The position numbers and the translations under genes were made by a program. This document shows positions 48,666 to 61,094 of a stretch of 64,000 bases of DNA, piece after piece (positions within the stretch are counted from its first letter, which is position 1; each line of letters opens with the position of its first letter). Origin of the DNA: Myxococcota bacterium (lineage in GTDB: Bacteria; Myxococcota_A; UBA9042; PHBI01; JAWLBL01); assembly GCA_041687695.1 (NCBI GenBank), contig JAWLBL010000008.1, forward strand, positions 64,001 through 128,000, read 5' to 3'. The notes below the pieces were generated by a model. It searched no databases and was not told the DNA's origin. It was given only the letters and a program-made list of their open reading frames with translations.

Positions 48666-50761
48666 AGGCGAGCACGCGAGCCCTGGCGGCGGCGCTGGCC
48701 GCGCTGAGCGTGGTCGGGTGCGATCACGAGCTGTTCCGGACCTCCCACGGCGCGGTCGACGACGGCAACGCGCTGCTGGCGCAGGGCCAGGCGGCCGAGG
48801 CGCTGAAGGCCTTCGAGGCGGCCGCCGCGGAGCTGCCCGAGTCGCCCGAGCTGGACTACGACCGGGGGCTGGCCGCGACGGCCGTAGGCGAGTTCGACGA
48901 GGCCACGCAGCGCCTGCTGCGCGCGCTGAACACGCGGGACCCGGCGCTGAAGCGGCGGGTGTACGCGGCCCTGGGGGCGGCTTACGCCCGGTGGGGCGAG
49001 CACCTCGAGCGCACCCCGACGCCCCCCGCGGCGGCCGAGCCCGAGGGGGACGACGCGCCCGCCGCGGCGCCGGAGGACCCGCGCAAGGCGGCCCTGCCCA
49101 AGTGGGAGCGCGCGGTCGAGCACCTGGAGAAGGCGCTGACGCTGTCGCCCGAGCCGGACCCGGACGTGCTGCGCAACCTGGAGGTGGCGCTGCTGCGGGT
49201 CGATCCGCCCTGCGCGTCGCGCAACGACGGCCACGAGCCGAACGACGGGCCCGACCGGGCGGCCGCCATCACGCTGGCGGGCGGCGACGCGGCCGATCCG
49301 CAGCAGGGGCTGGTCGCCGGGCCGGCGCCGGAGCGGCTGAAATGGCGCGAGCAGCTGCTGGCGTGCCCCGACGACGTCGACTGGTTCCGGCTCGAGCTGG
49401 ACGAGGGCGACCGCCTGTCGGCCGAGCTGACGCGTCCCAAGGAGGCGGGGGCGCTGAGCCTGACGCTGTTCGCGTCCGACGGGACGACGGCGCTCGCGCC
49501 CGCCGGCGGCGAAGTGGGCGAGGCGGTGGAGCACACGGTGAGGCAGGGCGGCGCGTACCTGCTGCGCGTCGACAACGTGGACGACGACGAGGTGTCGTAC
49601 GCGATGGCCGTCGAGGTGCGGCCGCCGTGCGCGCGGACCGAGGACCGCTTCGAGCCCAACGACACGCCGGCGGACGCCAGCACGGTGAGCGTGGGCAAGC
49701 TGCCGGATCTGAAGATCTGCCCCGAGGACGACGACTGGTACGCGGTGACGCTGGCCGAGGGCGAGAGCCTGTTCGCGTTCGCGTCGTTGCCCGAGGCGGA
49801 GGACGAGGACGACGACGAGGCCGCGGACGAGGCGCCGGCGCCGGTGCCGCTGATGCTAGAGGTGACCGACGCGGCCGGCGAGGTGCTGGCGACCGGCGGG
49901 CCGGTGGGGCGGGCGCGGGTGGTGACGCTGCTGACGCCTGGCGCTGGGCGCTACCTGGTGAGGGTCAGCGGCGCGCCGGACCTCGAGTCGAAGTACGAGC
50001 TGATGGTGCAGGTCATCCCGCCGTGCCCCGAGGGCGACGACATGCTCGAGGACAACGACACGGTGGAGGCCGCCGCGTCGCTGGACCAGCTGATCGCCGA
50101 GGCCGCGCAACAGGCGGGGGGCCAGCCCGGGCAGGCCGCCCAGGGGCAGAGCTGGCTGCTGCGCATCTGCCCGGGTGACGACGACTGGATGTCGCTCGAG
50201 GTGCAGGCCGAAGAGCCCGTGCAGGTCTCGGCGGTGTTCGACCACGCCAAGGGCGATCTCGAGCTGATCGCCTTTGATGAGCGCGGGGTCGACGAGCTGC
50301 AGGCGAGCGACCAGTCCTCCGCCGACCACAACGGCGAGGCGCTGCTGCTGACGCCGGACGGCGACCAGCCCCGCTCGTATCGGCTGCTGGTGCGCGGCAA
50401 GGGCGGCGCCGAGAACTTCTACCTGCTGAAGATCGACCAGCCGCAGGGCGGCGGCGGAGGCGGGCAGGACGATCAGCAGCAGGACGACCAGGAGCAGAAG
50501 GACCAGGACCAGGACAGCGACCCCGGCGACGGCGAGCAGGACCCGCCGAAGGACTCCGAGCCGAAGGACGCGCCCGAGGACGGACAGGGCGATCCCCAGC
50601 AGCCTCCGCGACAGCCGCCGCCCGGTCAGCCGCAGCCGCGCCCGGCCGATCCGCTGGAAGAGGCGCTCGACAAGCTCGACCGGAACCCGCAAAACCTGGA
50701 AGCGCTCGAGACGCTCAAGGCCTCCCCCCTCACCAACCACCCCCCGGAGAAGGACTGGTGA
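48662..50761 (+). CDS. BatC-like TPR lipoprotein with three inserted Cys-bounded PPC-like repeats
   Basis: Lipobox VVGC; TPR N-terminus; three PPC..D..E[PD]ND...CP.D.DW modules; Q/D-rich linker; C-terminal EKDW. Confidence 0.75.
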   Translation: MKASTRALAAALAALSVVGCDHELFRTSHGAVDDGNALLAQGQAAEALKAFEAAAAELPESPELDYDRGLAATAVGEFDEATQRLLRALNTRDPALKRRVYAALGAAYARWGEHLERTPTPPAAAEPEGDDAPAAAPEDPRKAALPKWERAVEHLEKALTLSPEPDPDVLRNLEVALLRVDPPCASRNDGHEPNDGPDRAAAITLAGGDAADPQQGLVAGPAPERLKWREQLLACPDDVDWFRLELDEGDRLSAELTRPKEAGALSLTLFASDGTTALAPAGGEVGEAVEHTVRQGGAYLLRVDNVDDDEVSYAMAVEVRPPCARTEDRFEPNDTPADASTVSVGKLPDLKICPEDDDWYAVTLAEGESLFAFASLPEAEDEDDDEAADEAPAPVPLMLEVTDAAGEVLATGGPVGRARVVTLLTPGAGRYLVRVSGAPDLESKYELMVQVIPPCPEGDDMLEDNDTVEAAASLDQLIAEAAQQAGGQPGQAAQGQSWLLRICPGDDDWMSLEVQAEEPVQVSAVFDHAKGDLELIAFDERGVDELQASDQSSADHNGEALLLTPDGDQPRSYRLLVRGKGGAENFYLLKIDQPQGGGGGGQDDQQQDDQEQKDQDQDSDPGDGEQDPPKDSEPKDAPEDGQGDPQQPPRQPPPGQPQPRPADPLEEALDKLDRNPQNLEALETLKASPLTNHPPEKDW

Positions 50762-52611
50762 CGCGCTCCCACCACCACGCTCCGCGCGGGCGGGCGTCTG
50801 CGAGGTCGCCGCGCCGGCTGGCGCCGCTGGTGACCGGGCTGGCGCTGGCCATCCTGCTCGGGGCCGCCGGCTCCGCGTCGGCGCGAACACCCGGCGCCAG
50901 CGTCCAGATGGAGGTCGATCGCCGGACGCTGACCACCGACGACGAGCTCGAGCTGCGCGTGACGTTCGAGGGCGACCTCGACCGCTACGAGGAGCCGGGC
51001 CTGGGTGACTTCGCGGTCGTCGGTCGCAGCTCGCAGCAGCTGATGTCCATCGTCAACGGCCGCGTCAGCCGCCAGCAGGTCCAGGTCTACACCCTGCGCC
51101 CCTCGCGCGCCGGCACCCTCACCATCGCCGGCGCCAAGGCCTATCGCGACGGGCAGGTCGTGGCGCAGGGCGCGCCCCTCCAGGTCACCGTCAAGGCGCC
51201 CGCCGCGCCGCCTCCGGTCGCCCCCGGCGCGGCCCGCAGCCTGGACCGCCGGGCCGACGAGCAGCTCTTCCTGCACGTCGGCCTGCCGCGCGACACCTTC
51301 TACGTCGGCGAGCCCTTCGTCCTGTCGTGGGACCTCTTCTTCCGCCGCGAGCTGCACGTCGAGGCCGCCGAGATCGTCACCCGACCCACCCTCGACGGCC
51401 TGTTGGTCGAGGAGCTGCTGTCGCCCGACGCGCGCGCCTCCGTCCGCGAGCGCCGCGTCGGCGGGCAGGCCTTTCGCTTCATCCCGCGCTCGGTGCAGCT
51501 CGCGACCGCGCTGCGCCCCGGCAAGGTCACGGTCGACGCCATGGCGATGCGCGTGTCGGCGGGCGACGTGTGGCGCCAGCGCCGCTACACCCTGCGCTCG
51601 CAGCCGCTCGAGCTGACCGTCGAGGAGGTCCCCGCCGCCGGCCGCCCCAAGTGGTACCAGGACGGCAACCTGGGCCGCTTCGCGATGACCGCCGAGCTGC
51701 ACGACGACGCGGGGCGCGCGCCGTCGCGGCTGAAGACCGGCCAGCGCCTGGTCCTGACCGTCACCGTCTCGGGGCGCGGCAACCTGGTCAGCCTCAAGCC
51801 GCCCGTCCTCGAAGGCGGCGACACCTTCGACATCCAGCCGTTGCCCACGTCCGCCGACGACGTCGTCGACAAGGACGCCTCGGGCATGCACGGCCGGCGC
51901 GTCTTCCAGTTCCTGCTCGCGCCGCTCGCGCCGGGGAAGGTGCAGGCCCCGACCGTCCACCTGGCCTGGTTCGACCCCGAGGCCGAGGAGTTCGAGACGG
52001 TCTCGCTGCCGGGGCTCTCCCTCGAGGTCGAGGGCCCGCACCTCGCCGGCCGCGGCGCCACCCAGCCCGAGGGCCCCGAGACCCTGGACATCCGGCCCCT
52101 CCTCGAGGCCGACGCCCTGGACACGGTCCCGCACCGGCCGCTCACCGGCACGACCCTCTTCTGGTTGCTCCTCGCGTTGCCGCCGGCGCTGTTCGGCCTG
52201 GTCGAGCTGCGCTTCCGGCTGCGCCGCCGCCGCGACCGCAACCCGCAGGCCCGCCTGAGCCGCGCCGCCGGGGCCAACGCCCGAAAGCGCCTCAAGGCCG
52301 CCGAGCAGGCCCAGCGCGACGATCTCGTCAAGGACTGCTTCGGCCAGATCGCGCGCACCTTCGTCAGCTACTTCGAGGAGCGCGCCAACCTGCCGGCGAC
52401 CGGCATGACCCACGACGAGCTGCGCGAGGCCGCGGGGCAGGCCGGCTACCCGCGCGAGCTGCTCGACGCCGTCGTGGTCGAGCTCGAGAACTGCGACTTC
52501 GCGCGCTTCGCCCCGGCCGCCGTGGTCGGCCAGCAGATGCGCGAGAGCCTGTCACGCGCCGAGGAGCTGGTCCGACGCCTCGAGGCCGTCGAGCCCCGGA
52601 GGAGACCATGA
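50758..52611 (+). CDS. batD: BatD family protein
   Basis: Signal peptide; tandem Ig-like domains (SIVNG, YVGEP, SGRGNL, FDP); C-terminal TM and CDFARFAP. Confidence 0.85.
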   Translation: MTRSHHHAPRGRASARSPRRLAPLVTGLALAILLGAAGSASARTPGASVQMEVDRRTLTTDDELELRVTFEGDLDRYEEPGLGDFAVVGRSSQQLMSIVNGRVSRQQVQVYTLRPSRAGTLTIAGAKAYRDGQVVAQGAPLQVTVKAPAAPPPVAPGAARSLDRRADEQLFLHVGLPRDTFYVGEPFVLSWDLFFRRELHVEAAEIVTRPTLDGLLVEELLSPDARASVRERRVGGQAFRFIPRSVQLATALRPGKVTVDAMAMRVSAGDVWRQRRYTLRSQPLELTVEEVPAAGRPKWYQDGNLGRFAMTAELHDDAGRAPSRLKTGQRLVLTVTVSGRGNLVSLKPPVLEGGDTFDIQPLPTSADDVVDKDASGMHGRRVFQFLLAPLAPGKVQAPTVHLAWFDPEAEEFETVSLPGLSLEVEGPHLAGRGATQPEGPETLDIRPLLEADALDTVPHRPLTGTTLFWLLLALPPALFGLVELRFRLRRRRDRNPQARLSRAAGANARKRLKAAEQAQRDDLVKDCFGQIARTFVSYFEERANLPATGMTHDELREAAGQAGYPRELLDAVVVELENCDFARFAPAAVVGQQMRESLSRAEELVRRLEAVEPRRRP

Positions 52612-53483
52612 GCCGCCGCGCCCTCCTGCTCGCCCTCGCGGCGCTGCTCCTGGCCTCGCCGGCCGCGGCGCAGCCCGCGCCCGACGCCGCGTCGCGCGAC
52701 GTGTCCATCGTCCCGGCCGCGCCCGCGCCGCCGCCAGCCGCCGCGGCCGCCGCCTCCACCGAGCAGCCCACGGCCCTGTTCCAGCGCGCCAACGGCCACT
52801 ACCACTCGGGCGACTACGCCGCCGCCGCCGAGCTGTACCGCCAGCTGGCCAACACCTGGCGCATCGACGATCCGGTCTTGTACGCCAACCTGGGCAACAC
52901 CTACTTCCGCATGGGCGACTACGGCAGCGCCATCTTCGCCTACCGCCGCGCCCTGCGCCTCGAGCCGCCGGGAGCCATCGCCGAGCGCGTCGAGGCCAAC
53001 CTGATGGTCACCCGCCGCGTCCTCGAGCAGCGCTACAAGGCCGGCGCCGACAAGAGCCAGTTCGTCTACGCCGAGCCCGGCGGCTTGCTCCATCGCGTCT
53101 CCCACGCCCTCGGCCGCGACGTCGTCGTCTACGGCTTCCTCGCGGCGTGGGTGGCGCTGTTCGCGCTGCTCGCCGCCTGGCGCCTACGCCCACACGCCAG
53201 CGCGCGGCGCTGGGGCTGGGCCTCGCTGCCGACCGGCGCGGTGGCCCTGGTCCTGGGGCTGATGCTGGTCGGCCAGACCGTCGCGGCCAGCGCCTTCCGC
53301 CTGGGCGTCGTCATCCGCGACGGCGTCTCGCTGCGCGAAGGCCGCCACGCCGACGCGCGCGGGGTCGCGCTGCCCGAGGGGATGGAGGTCCGCATCCTGG
53401 ACGCGGACGACGACTGGACCCGGGTCGAGCTGGCCAACGGCCGCGAGGGTTGGGTCGAGACCCCGGCGGTCAAGCAGATCTGA
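52608..53483 (+). CDS. batE: BatE-like TPR plus SH3 protein
   Basis: LYANLGNTYFRMG..G.AI..Y.RAL.L.P TPR; two TM segments; C-terminal SH3b (LPEG..V......W..V....G.EGWV). Confidence 0.8.
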   Translation: MSRRALLLALAALLLASPAAAQPAPDAASRDVSIVPAAPAPPPAAAAAASTEQPTALFQRANGHYHSGDYAAAAELYRQLANTWRIDDPVLYANLGNTYFRMGDYGSAIFAYRRALRLEPPGAIAERVEANLMVTRRVLEQRYKAGADKSQFVYAEPGGLLHRVSHALGRDVVVYGFLAAWVALFALLAAWRLRPHASARRWGWASLPTGAVALVLGLMLVGQTVAASAFRLGVVIRDGVSLREGRHADARGVALPEGMEVRILDADDDWTRVELANGREGWVETPAVKQI

Positions 53484-53496
53484 GCCGGCCCCGCGC

Positions 53497-54525
53497 CTAG
53501 TCGCGAGAGCGCCGTGAGCGGCCCTGGCCGCCGCCGCCCTCGCGTCCACGGCCGCCGCCGCCCTCGCGTCCACGGCCGCCTCCGCGACCACCCCTGCCGC
53601 GCCCTCCGCCGCCATTGCGCCGTTCGCCGCCGCCTTCGCGCCGCTCGCCGCCGCCTTCGCGCCGCTCGCCGCCGCCTTCGCGCCGCGGCCCGCGCCCTCC
53701 GCCGCCCTCGCGCCGCGGCCCGCGTCCACGCTCGCCCTCGCGCGCGCTCTCGGCGGCCGCCTGCGCCTGGCCTTCTCCGCCGCCGCCGCGCCGCTCGTCA
53801 CCCTCGCGCCCGCCGCGCCGCCGCCGCCGTCGCCGCCGCCCGCCTTCCTCGTCCTCGCCGCCCTCGAAGGCGCCCTCACCGCGCGCGGCCCCGTCCCGGG
53901 CCCGCTCGACCGCGATGCCGAAGCCCTGGTTGAGCCGCCGGATGATGTCCTGCACGTCCGCCGGGTCGGCCGGCAGCAGGGTCGCGAAGCGCCCGATCTG
54001 CTCGAGCTGCCCGAAGGGCCCCGTCCCGCCCAGCACGCGCCGCTGCGCCGCGCCGGCGTCCTCGATGTCGAGGTCCCGCCCGAGCGCGCTGCCGTCGGCC
54101 ACCAGCGCGATCACCCCGATGGGCGGCTCGACGGGCATCGAGGCCACCTGGCGGAGCACCTCGCCCTCGGGCGCCTGCCGCGGGCACACCGGGATGGCGC
54201 AGCCGCCCATCTCGGCCACCGCCGCCTGCACGAGCCCCAGGTCCCCGGTCGCCTGCAGCAGATCGTAAGCGCTCGGCGCGTCCCAGTCGGGCAGCAGCAC
54301 GGCGACGCGGTAGCCGGGGCCGTTGGCGACGCAGGCCGGCCACACGCGGACGCCGTCGGCGTTGGCCGCCGCGACCTCGTCGTGCGTCGGCAGCTCCTCG
54401 GGGGAGTCGACGACATACACGACGGCGTCGAGGGCCGCTCGTCGGGCCGCTTGGGCGACCTCCTCGCAGGTGGCGAGGGTGGCCGGGACGTACAGGTCGA
54501 TGAGGGCGTGTCGTTGCATGGACAT
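53497..54525 (-). CDS. Hypothetical protein: degenerate PHP-like N-domain plus Arg/Gly-rich repetitive tail
   Basis: LIDLYVP...EEVAQAARRAALDAVV resembles a PHP N-terminus without His ligands; tail of REGGG repeats. Confidence 0.65.
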   Translation of the reverse strand: MSMQRHALIDLYVPATLATCEEVAQAARRAALDAVVYVVDSPEELPTHDEVAAANADGVRVWPACVANGPGYRVAVLLPDWDAPSAYDLLQATGDLGLVQAAVAEMGGCAIPVCPRQAPEGEVLRQVASMPVEPPIGVIALVADGSALGRDLDIEDAGAAQRRVLGGTGPFGQLEQIGRFATLLPADPADVQDIIRRLNQGFGIAVERARDGAARGEGAFEGGEDEEGGRRRRRRRRGGREGDERRGGGGEGQAQAAAESAREGERGRGPRREGGGGRGPRREGGGERREGGGERREGGGERRNGGGGRGRGGRGGGRGREGGGGRGREGGGGQGRSRRSRD

Positions 54526-54731
54526 GAGGCGTGGGAGGCTACGCGCTGGGACGTGGTCGGGCAAGCGTGCGGTGCGACCAACGGACGCGAGGCCTTTCGC
54601 ACTGCAAGAGGGCGCCGTCGCCGCGCACATGCGACGTGGACCGGAGCTGGGCTGCGGGGAATCGACCGCTGCATAGCATCCGGTGTCCGACACTTGCAGC
54701 TTTGGGGCGTGAAGGCTTGAATGCGCCCCGT

Positions 54732-56417
54732 ATGACGGCCCCGACGCACGATCCGCGCCCGCCCGGCGCGTCCCTGCCGCCGCTCCGCGTGGCGCTGGTC
54801 CAGGACGACCCCACCGTGGGAGCCGTCGCCGACAACCGCGCCCGCATGCTCGCGCGCCTCGAGGAGGCCCGCGCCCTCGGCGCCCACCTCGTTGTCTTCC
54901 CCGAGCTGGCCACCCTCGGCTATCCCCCGCGCGACCTGCTCGACCTGCCGGACATCGTCGACGGCAACCTCGAGACGGTCCGGGCCCTCGCCCACGCCGC
55001 CGGTGACCTCGGCGTCCTCGTCGGCTACGTCGACCGCCGCGCGGCGCTCGCCGGGCTCCCCCTCGCCAACGTCGTCGGGCTGCTCACCCAGGGCCGCGTC
55101 GTCCACACCTGGGACAAGGCCCTGCTGCCCAACTACGACGTCTTCGACGAGGCCCGCTACTTCGAGCCCTCCACCGGGACGTCCGTCGCCACCTTCCGCG
55201 GCTGGCGCCTGGGCGTCAGCGTCTGCGAGGACCTGTGGGCCCTCGACCAGGACGCCCCCCGCGCCCGCTACGCCCGCAGCCCCATCGCCGAGCAGGCCGC
55301 CGCCGGCGTCGACCTCCTCGTCAACGTCAGCGCCAGCCCGTACGTCCTGGGCAAGCTCGCCTCGCGCCGCCGCCTCGCCCGCCGCGCGACCCAGCTCGCC
55401 CGCGCCCCCTTCCTGTACTGCAACCAGCTCGGCGCCAACGACGACCTCCTCTTCGACGGCGCCAGCTTCGGCCTCGACGCCGACGGCCGCCTGGTCCTGC
55501 AGCTGCCGGCCTTCCAGACCGGCCTCGCCCTCGTCACCCTCGGCGGCGCCCCCCAGCCCGAGGTCCCCGCCCCGGCCGAGGGCCTGCCCACCCTGCGCGA
55601 CGCCCTGGTCATGGGCATCCGCGACTACGTCCACAAGAGCGGCTTCCGCAGCGTCGTCCTGGGCCTGTCCGGCGGCATCGACAGCGCCGTCACCTGCGCC
55701 CTGGCCGTCCGCGCCCTCGGCCCGGACAACGTCCTGGGCGTCCTGATGCCCTCGCCGCACAGCTCGCGCCACAGCGTCGATGACGCCCTCGCCCTCGCCG
55801 CCAACCTGGGCATCCAGACGCACACCGTGCCCATCGGCCCGCTCATGCAGGGCTTCGACCAGGCGCTCGCGCCCATCTTCGGCGACCGCCCGCCGGGGCT
55901 CGCCGAAGAGAACCTGCAGGCCCGCATCCGCGGCACCCTCCTGATGGGTATCTCCAACAAGCTGGGCCACCTTCTGCTGACTACAGGCAACAAGAGCGAG
56001 CTGGCCGTCGGCTACTGCACGCTCTACGGCGACATGAACGGCGGCCTCGCCCCCCTGTCCGACCTGCCCAAGACGCTGGTCTACGCCCTGGCCCACCAGC
56101 TCAACGCCGACGGCCCGGTCATCCCGTCCAGCAGCATCGACAAGCCCCCCTCCGCCGAGCTGCGCCCGGACCAGACCGACCAGGACTCGCTGCCGCCCTA
56201 CGACGAGCTGGACGCGATCCTGCGCGCCTACGTCGAGGAGCACCGCCCCCAGCGCGACATCGCCTCCGACGGTCACGATCCGGCGCTGGTGGCGCGGGTG
56301 GTCGACATGATTCACCTGAGCGAGTACAAGCGCCGACAGGCCGCGCCAGGCCTGAAGATCACCCCCAAGGCTTTCGGCGTCGGACGCCGCTTCCCCATCG
56401 CCCACCGCTGGCGCTGA
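54732..56417 (+). CDS. nadE: Glutamine-dependent NAD+ synthetase
   Basis: CN-hydrolase domain (FPEL, KALLPNYDVFDE, VCEDLW) plus synthetase domain (GLSGGIDS, ENLQARIRG, TGNKSE, GYCTLYGD, PPSAELRPDQ). Confidence 0.95.
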   Translation: MTAPTHDPRPPGASLPPLRVALVQDDPTVGAVADNRARMLARLEEARALGAHLVVFPELATLGYPPRDLLDLPDIVDGNLETVRALAHAAGDLGVLVGYVDRRAALAGLPLANVVGLLTQGRVVHTWDKALLPNYDVFDEARYFEPSTGTSVATFRGWRLGVSVCEDLWALDQDAPRARYARSPIAEQAAAGVDLLVNVSASPYVLGKLASRRRLARRATQLARAPFLYCNQLGANDDLLFDGASFGLDADGRLVLQLPAFQTGLALVTLGGAPQPEVPAPAEGLPTLRDALVMGIRDYVHKSGFRSVVLGLSGGIDSAVTCALAVRALGPDNVLGVLMPSPHSSRHSVDDALALAANLGIQTHTVPIGPLMQGFDQALAPIFGDRPPGLAEENLQARIRGTLLMGISNKLGHLLLTTGNKSELAVGYCTLYGDMNGGLAPLSDLPKTLVYALAHQLNADGPVIPSSSIDKPPSAELRPDQTDQDSLPPYDELDAILRAYVEEHRPQRDIASDGHDPALVARVVDMIHLSEYKRRQAAPGLKITPKAFGVGRRFPIAHRWR

Positions 56418-56445
56418 CCCGCCATCCCAAGGACTCCCCGGCCCG

Positions 56446-57168
56446 ATGGACCGCCTCGTCCCAGCCCTCGTCGCGCCCCTGCGCCGCCTCGCGCGGCCGC
56501 TGCTGGCGCTCGCGCTGCTGGCCGGCGCCGTCGCGGCCCCCGCCCCGGCCGCCGCCTACGAGAGCGTGCGGGTCCGCTGGTACGAGTCCTACCGCGGCCT
56601 GTGGCTGGGCTTCCACGCGGGCGTCTCCTTCGGCAGCTCCGTCAGCGTGGACGACGCGACCCTGCCCGACTCCGACGCCACCGACCCGATGTTCGGCCTC
56701 GCGCTGCACTATCGCCTGCGGCGCTTCGACCTCGGCCTGGTCATCGACAACATCGGCGGCGGCGCCTTCCAGGGCTTCGACTCGGACCGGCCCGTCGGCG
56801 GCATGTCCCGCGTGGCGGCGATGCTGCGTTGGCGCTACCTCGACGAGCCCTGGGGCGGCCTGTACATGCGCCTGAGCCCGGGCTGGATGGCGCTGAGCCA
56901 CTCGGACCACATCCGCGCCGAGATCGCCAGGGCCGCCGGCCGCGACAACCCGAACCAGCTGTCCGATCTCGAGGGCATCGACACCTACAACAGCGCCTTC
57001 ACGCTGGGCATCGACTTCGGCGTCCTCATCCACCTGTGGGAGGGCGTCGCCGCCTTCGCCGAGCTCGAGACCGTCACCGCCTCGACCACCCTGCGCGTCG
57101 ACGGCCAGGACATCGACTACAACCTGGTCGTGCCCATCTTCGCCCTGGGGATCGAGACCCGCCTGTGA
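56446..57168 (+). CDS. Putative outer-membrane beta-barrel protein
   Basis: Signal peptide (PAAA-Y); amphipathic beta-strands; C-terminal IFALGIETRL. Confidence 0.6.
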   Translation: MDRLVPALVAPLRRLARPLLALALLAGAVAAPAPAAAYESVRVRWYESYRGLWLGFHAGVSFGSSVSVDDATLPDSDATDPMFGLALHYRLRRFDLGLVIDNIGGGAFQGFDSDRPVGGMSRVAAMLRWRYLDEPWGGLYMRLSPGWMALSHSDHIRAEIARAAGRDNPNQLSDLEGIDTYNSAFTLGIDFGVLIHLWEGVAAFAELETVTASTTLRVDGQDIDYNLVVPIFALGIETRL

Positions 57169-58199
57169 CGCCGCCGTCCGCTGACGCCGCCCCCGAGGGC
57201 GAGGCCGCGCTCGACCTGTCGATCGTCGTCCCGCTGCTCGACGAGGCCGAGAGCCTCCCGCACCTGCACGAGGCCATCCAGCGGGCCCTCGACGACCCCT
57301 CGGCCGGCGCGCTCACCTACGAGGTCCTGTACTGCGACGACGGCTCGACCGACGGCTCGCTCGAGGTCCTGCGCCAGCTGGCCGCGGCCGACCCGCGCGT
57401 CCGCGTCATCAGCCTGCGCCGCAACTTCGGCCAGACCGCCGCCATGGCCGCCGGCTTCCGCCACGCCCGCGGCGCGGTCATCGTCCCGATGGACGCCGAC
57501 CTCCAGAACGACCCGCGCGACATCCCGCGCCTGTTCGCCAAGCTGGCCGAGGGCTACGACGTCGTCAGCGGCTGGCGCAAGGATCGCAAGGACCCCTTCT
57601 GGACGGTCACCCTGCCCAGCCGCATCGGCAACGCCGTCATCGGCCGCGTCACCGGCCTGCGCCTGCACGACTACGGCTGCACCCTGACCGCCTATCGCCG
57701 CGAGATCCTCCAGGACGTGCAGCTGTACGGCGAGATGCACCGCTTCATCCCCGCCTGGGCGGCCTCGGTCGGCGGCCGCGTCGCCGAGCTGCCGGTCACC
57801 CACCACGCCCGCCGCTTCGGCCGCAGCAAGTACGGCCTGTCCAAGACCATCCGCGTCCTGCTGGATCTGATGACGGTCCGCTTCCTGATGACCTACGCGA
57901 CCAAGCCCCTGTACTTCTTCGGGCGCCTGGGCCTCGGCTTCTTCGCGTTGGCCGCCCTGTCCTGGGGCTGGACCGTCACCAAGAAGCTCATCTGGAACGA
58001 GCCCCTGTACACCGACCCCTTCTTCCTCGCCGGCATCTTCCTCGCCCTCGCGGGCCTGCAGATCACCCTGTTCGGGCTGCTCAGCGAGGTCATCATGCGC
58101 ACCTACTACGAGTCGCAGGGCAAGCCGACCTACATCATCAAGGAGACGCTGAACCTGCCCGACGAGCCGCCCCAGCGGCTCAAGCACCGCGTAGGCTGA
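57165..58199 (+). CDS. GT2 polyprenol-phosphate glycosyltransferase (ArnC/DPM-like)
   Basis: SIVVP, DDGSTDGS, RNFGQTAA, MDADLQNDP, GEMHRFIP; two C-terminal TMs. Confidence 0.9.
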   Translation: MTPPSADAAPEGEAALDLSIVVPLLDEAESLPHLHEAIQRALDDPSAGALTYEVLYCDDGSTDGSLEVLRQLAAADPRVRVISLRRNFGQTAAMAAGFRHARGAVIVPMDADLQNDPRDIPRLFAKLAEGYDVVSGWRKDRKDPFWTVTLPSRIGNAVIGRVTGLRLHDYGCTLTAYRREILQDVQLYGEMHRFIPAWAASVGGRVAELPVTHHARRFGRSKYGLSKTIRVLLDLMTVRFLMTYATKPLYFFGRLGLGFFALAALSWGWTVTKKLIWNEPLYTDPFFLAGIFLALAGLQITLFGLLSEVIMRTYYESQGKPTYIIKETLNLPDEPPQRLKHRVG

Positions 58200-58206
58200 C
58201 CCGGGC

Positions 58207-60155
<1,949 letters not shown>

Positions 60156-60159
<4 letters not shown>

Positions 60160-61094
60160 CCGACCCCCTGAACCCCGACGGCCGCGACCTCCGGATCGGC
60201 ATCGACCTCGGCGGCACCCGCATCAAGGCCGGCCTCGTCGACCCGACGGGCCGCATCCTGGATCGCGTCGTGGTGGACGTCGGCCAGCAGACCAGCATGG
60301 AGGACATCACCGAGCGCCTCGTGCGCCTGGTCGAGCTGCTCGCGCGCGACGGCACCGTCGGCGTGGGCGTCGCGGCGGCCGGCGTGATGGACCGGCGCTC
60401 GGGCGTCATCCGAGAGAGCCCGAACTTCCCGGCCTGGCGCGACTTCGACCTCGCCGGCCGGGTCGCCGCGAGCAGCGGCCTGCCGGTGCTGCTCGAGAAC
60501 GACGCCAACGCGGTGGTCTTCGGCGAGGCGATGGGCGGCGCCGGGCGCGGCGTGCGCGATCTGGTCGGGCTGACCCTGGGCACCGGCGTCGGCGGCGGCC
60601 TGGTGCTCGGCGGGCAGCTCTACCGGGGCGCGCGCGGGATGGCGGGCGAGCTGGGCCACGTCACGGTCGAGCCCGAGGGCCGCCCCTGCGCCTGCAACAA
60701 CCGCGGCTGCCTCGAGCAGTACGTCGGGCAGGTCGGCCTGCGCCGCACCCTGGCCGAGACGGGCGGTTCCCTGGCCAGCCTGGCCGACGACGCCGACGCG
60801 CCGCGCAAGCTCGCCCACGCCGCGCAGGCGGGCGACGAGCGCGCCCTGGCGATCTGGCGGCAGCTCGGCCGCTACCTGGGGCAGGCCATCGCGACCTTCG
60901 TGCACGTGCTCGACGTGCAGCTCATCCTCCTGTGCGGCGGCATCGCGCACTCGGCCGACCTCTTCCTGCCGGCGCTCGACGACGAGTTCACGCAGCGCAC
61001 CTTCACCAGCATGCGCGAGGGCGTGGTCATCCGCGCGGGCGTCCTGGGCGAGGACGCCGGCATCGTGGGAGCGGCCTTCAGCGCGACGGCCTGA
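60156..61094 (+). CDS. ROK family sugar kinase (glucokinase-like)
   Basis: IGIDLGGT, ENDANA, TLGTGVGGG, AGELGH and CACNNRGCLE Zn motif. Confidence 0.9.
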
